Origin: a virus
Lineage: Duplodnaviria > Caudoviricetes
Reading direction: 5' to 3' (one strand)
Virus record (IMG/VR): IMGVR_UViG_3300017912_000774
Span: 1-52,225 of that record
DNA length: 52,225 bases
Both the position numbers and the translations under genes were made by a program. Positions 52,001 to 52,225 of this stretch are shown in pieces. The stretch's first letter is position 1. Every line of letters begins with the position of its first letter. The notes beneath the pieces are model-generated. The model was given only the letters and a program-made list of their open reading frames with translations, did no database searches and had not been told where the DNA came from.

Positions 52001-52225
52001 TATTTAGTTCCCATCAATATCTTGTCTAACTTATCTTCTAATCTTCTGATTGCATCCATCAACTCATGCATATCATCCTTAACATCATCCTTACGTGCAT
52101 ACTCTTCTCGTGTCTTGTTAAGGAGTATCTGTATACGCTTGACCTCTTGGAACATCTTGTTAAATGCCCAACCAAATGGTACAACGACCATAGTCAGGAT
52201 TATGTTCCAAAATAACATTGCGTCA
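52000..52225 (-). CDS. Small membrane-anchored coiled-coil protein (start may lie outside window)
   Basis: LFWNIILTMVVVP...ILLNKTREEYA...RLEDKLD. The frame is open to the window end. Confidence 0.7.
   Translation of the reverse strand, partial: DAMLFWNIILTMVVVPFGWAFNKMFQEVKRIQILLNKTREEYARKDDVKDDMHELMDAIRRLEDKLDKILMGTK

Overview
Near-complete, circularly permuted genome of an AT-rich marine podovirus. It is most consistent with the HMO-2011-type group infecting alphaproteobacteria such as SAR116 and Roseobacter. The evidence is a family A DNA polymerase carrying a DnaJ-type CxxCxGxG zinc-finger insertion, separate primase and helicase genes, a class II ribonucleotide reductase and no phage RNA polymerase. 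The minus strand carries the late genes: internal virion proteins (40.9-52.2 kb), then holin, lysozyme, a long chain of small basic proteins, terminase, portal, scaffold, capsid and tail (21.3 kb to 0). The plus strand carries early and replication genes (21.6-40.9 kb). The two halves diverge from a repeat-rich control region at about 21.3-22.5 kb. The most notable unexplained signals are: (1) a self-contained four-gene operon pairing a 678-aa SCM/RIY/PYFD + Zn-finger protein with an M28/M20-type Zn amidohydrolase; (2) a recurring CC / (C/A)(U/C)AC internal-loop RNA motif in both the scaffold and capsid 5' leaders; (3) a translationally coupled cassette of tiny basic proteins, several missed by the ORF track, some sharing a basic-[M/Y/L/A]xxG[G/A] motif with a 986-aa head-module protein; (4) a Cys-rich microprotein ending in a clamp-binding-like QLELDF; (5) phased TGTCAA-N4-TTGACA palindromes and TGATAG repeats bracketing the first early gene. 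No tRNA, CRISPR array or integrase was seen. All functional calls come from visual motif recognition and synteny, not from database searches.
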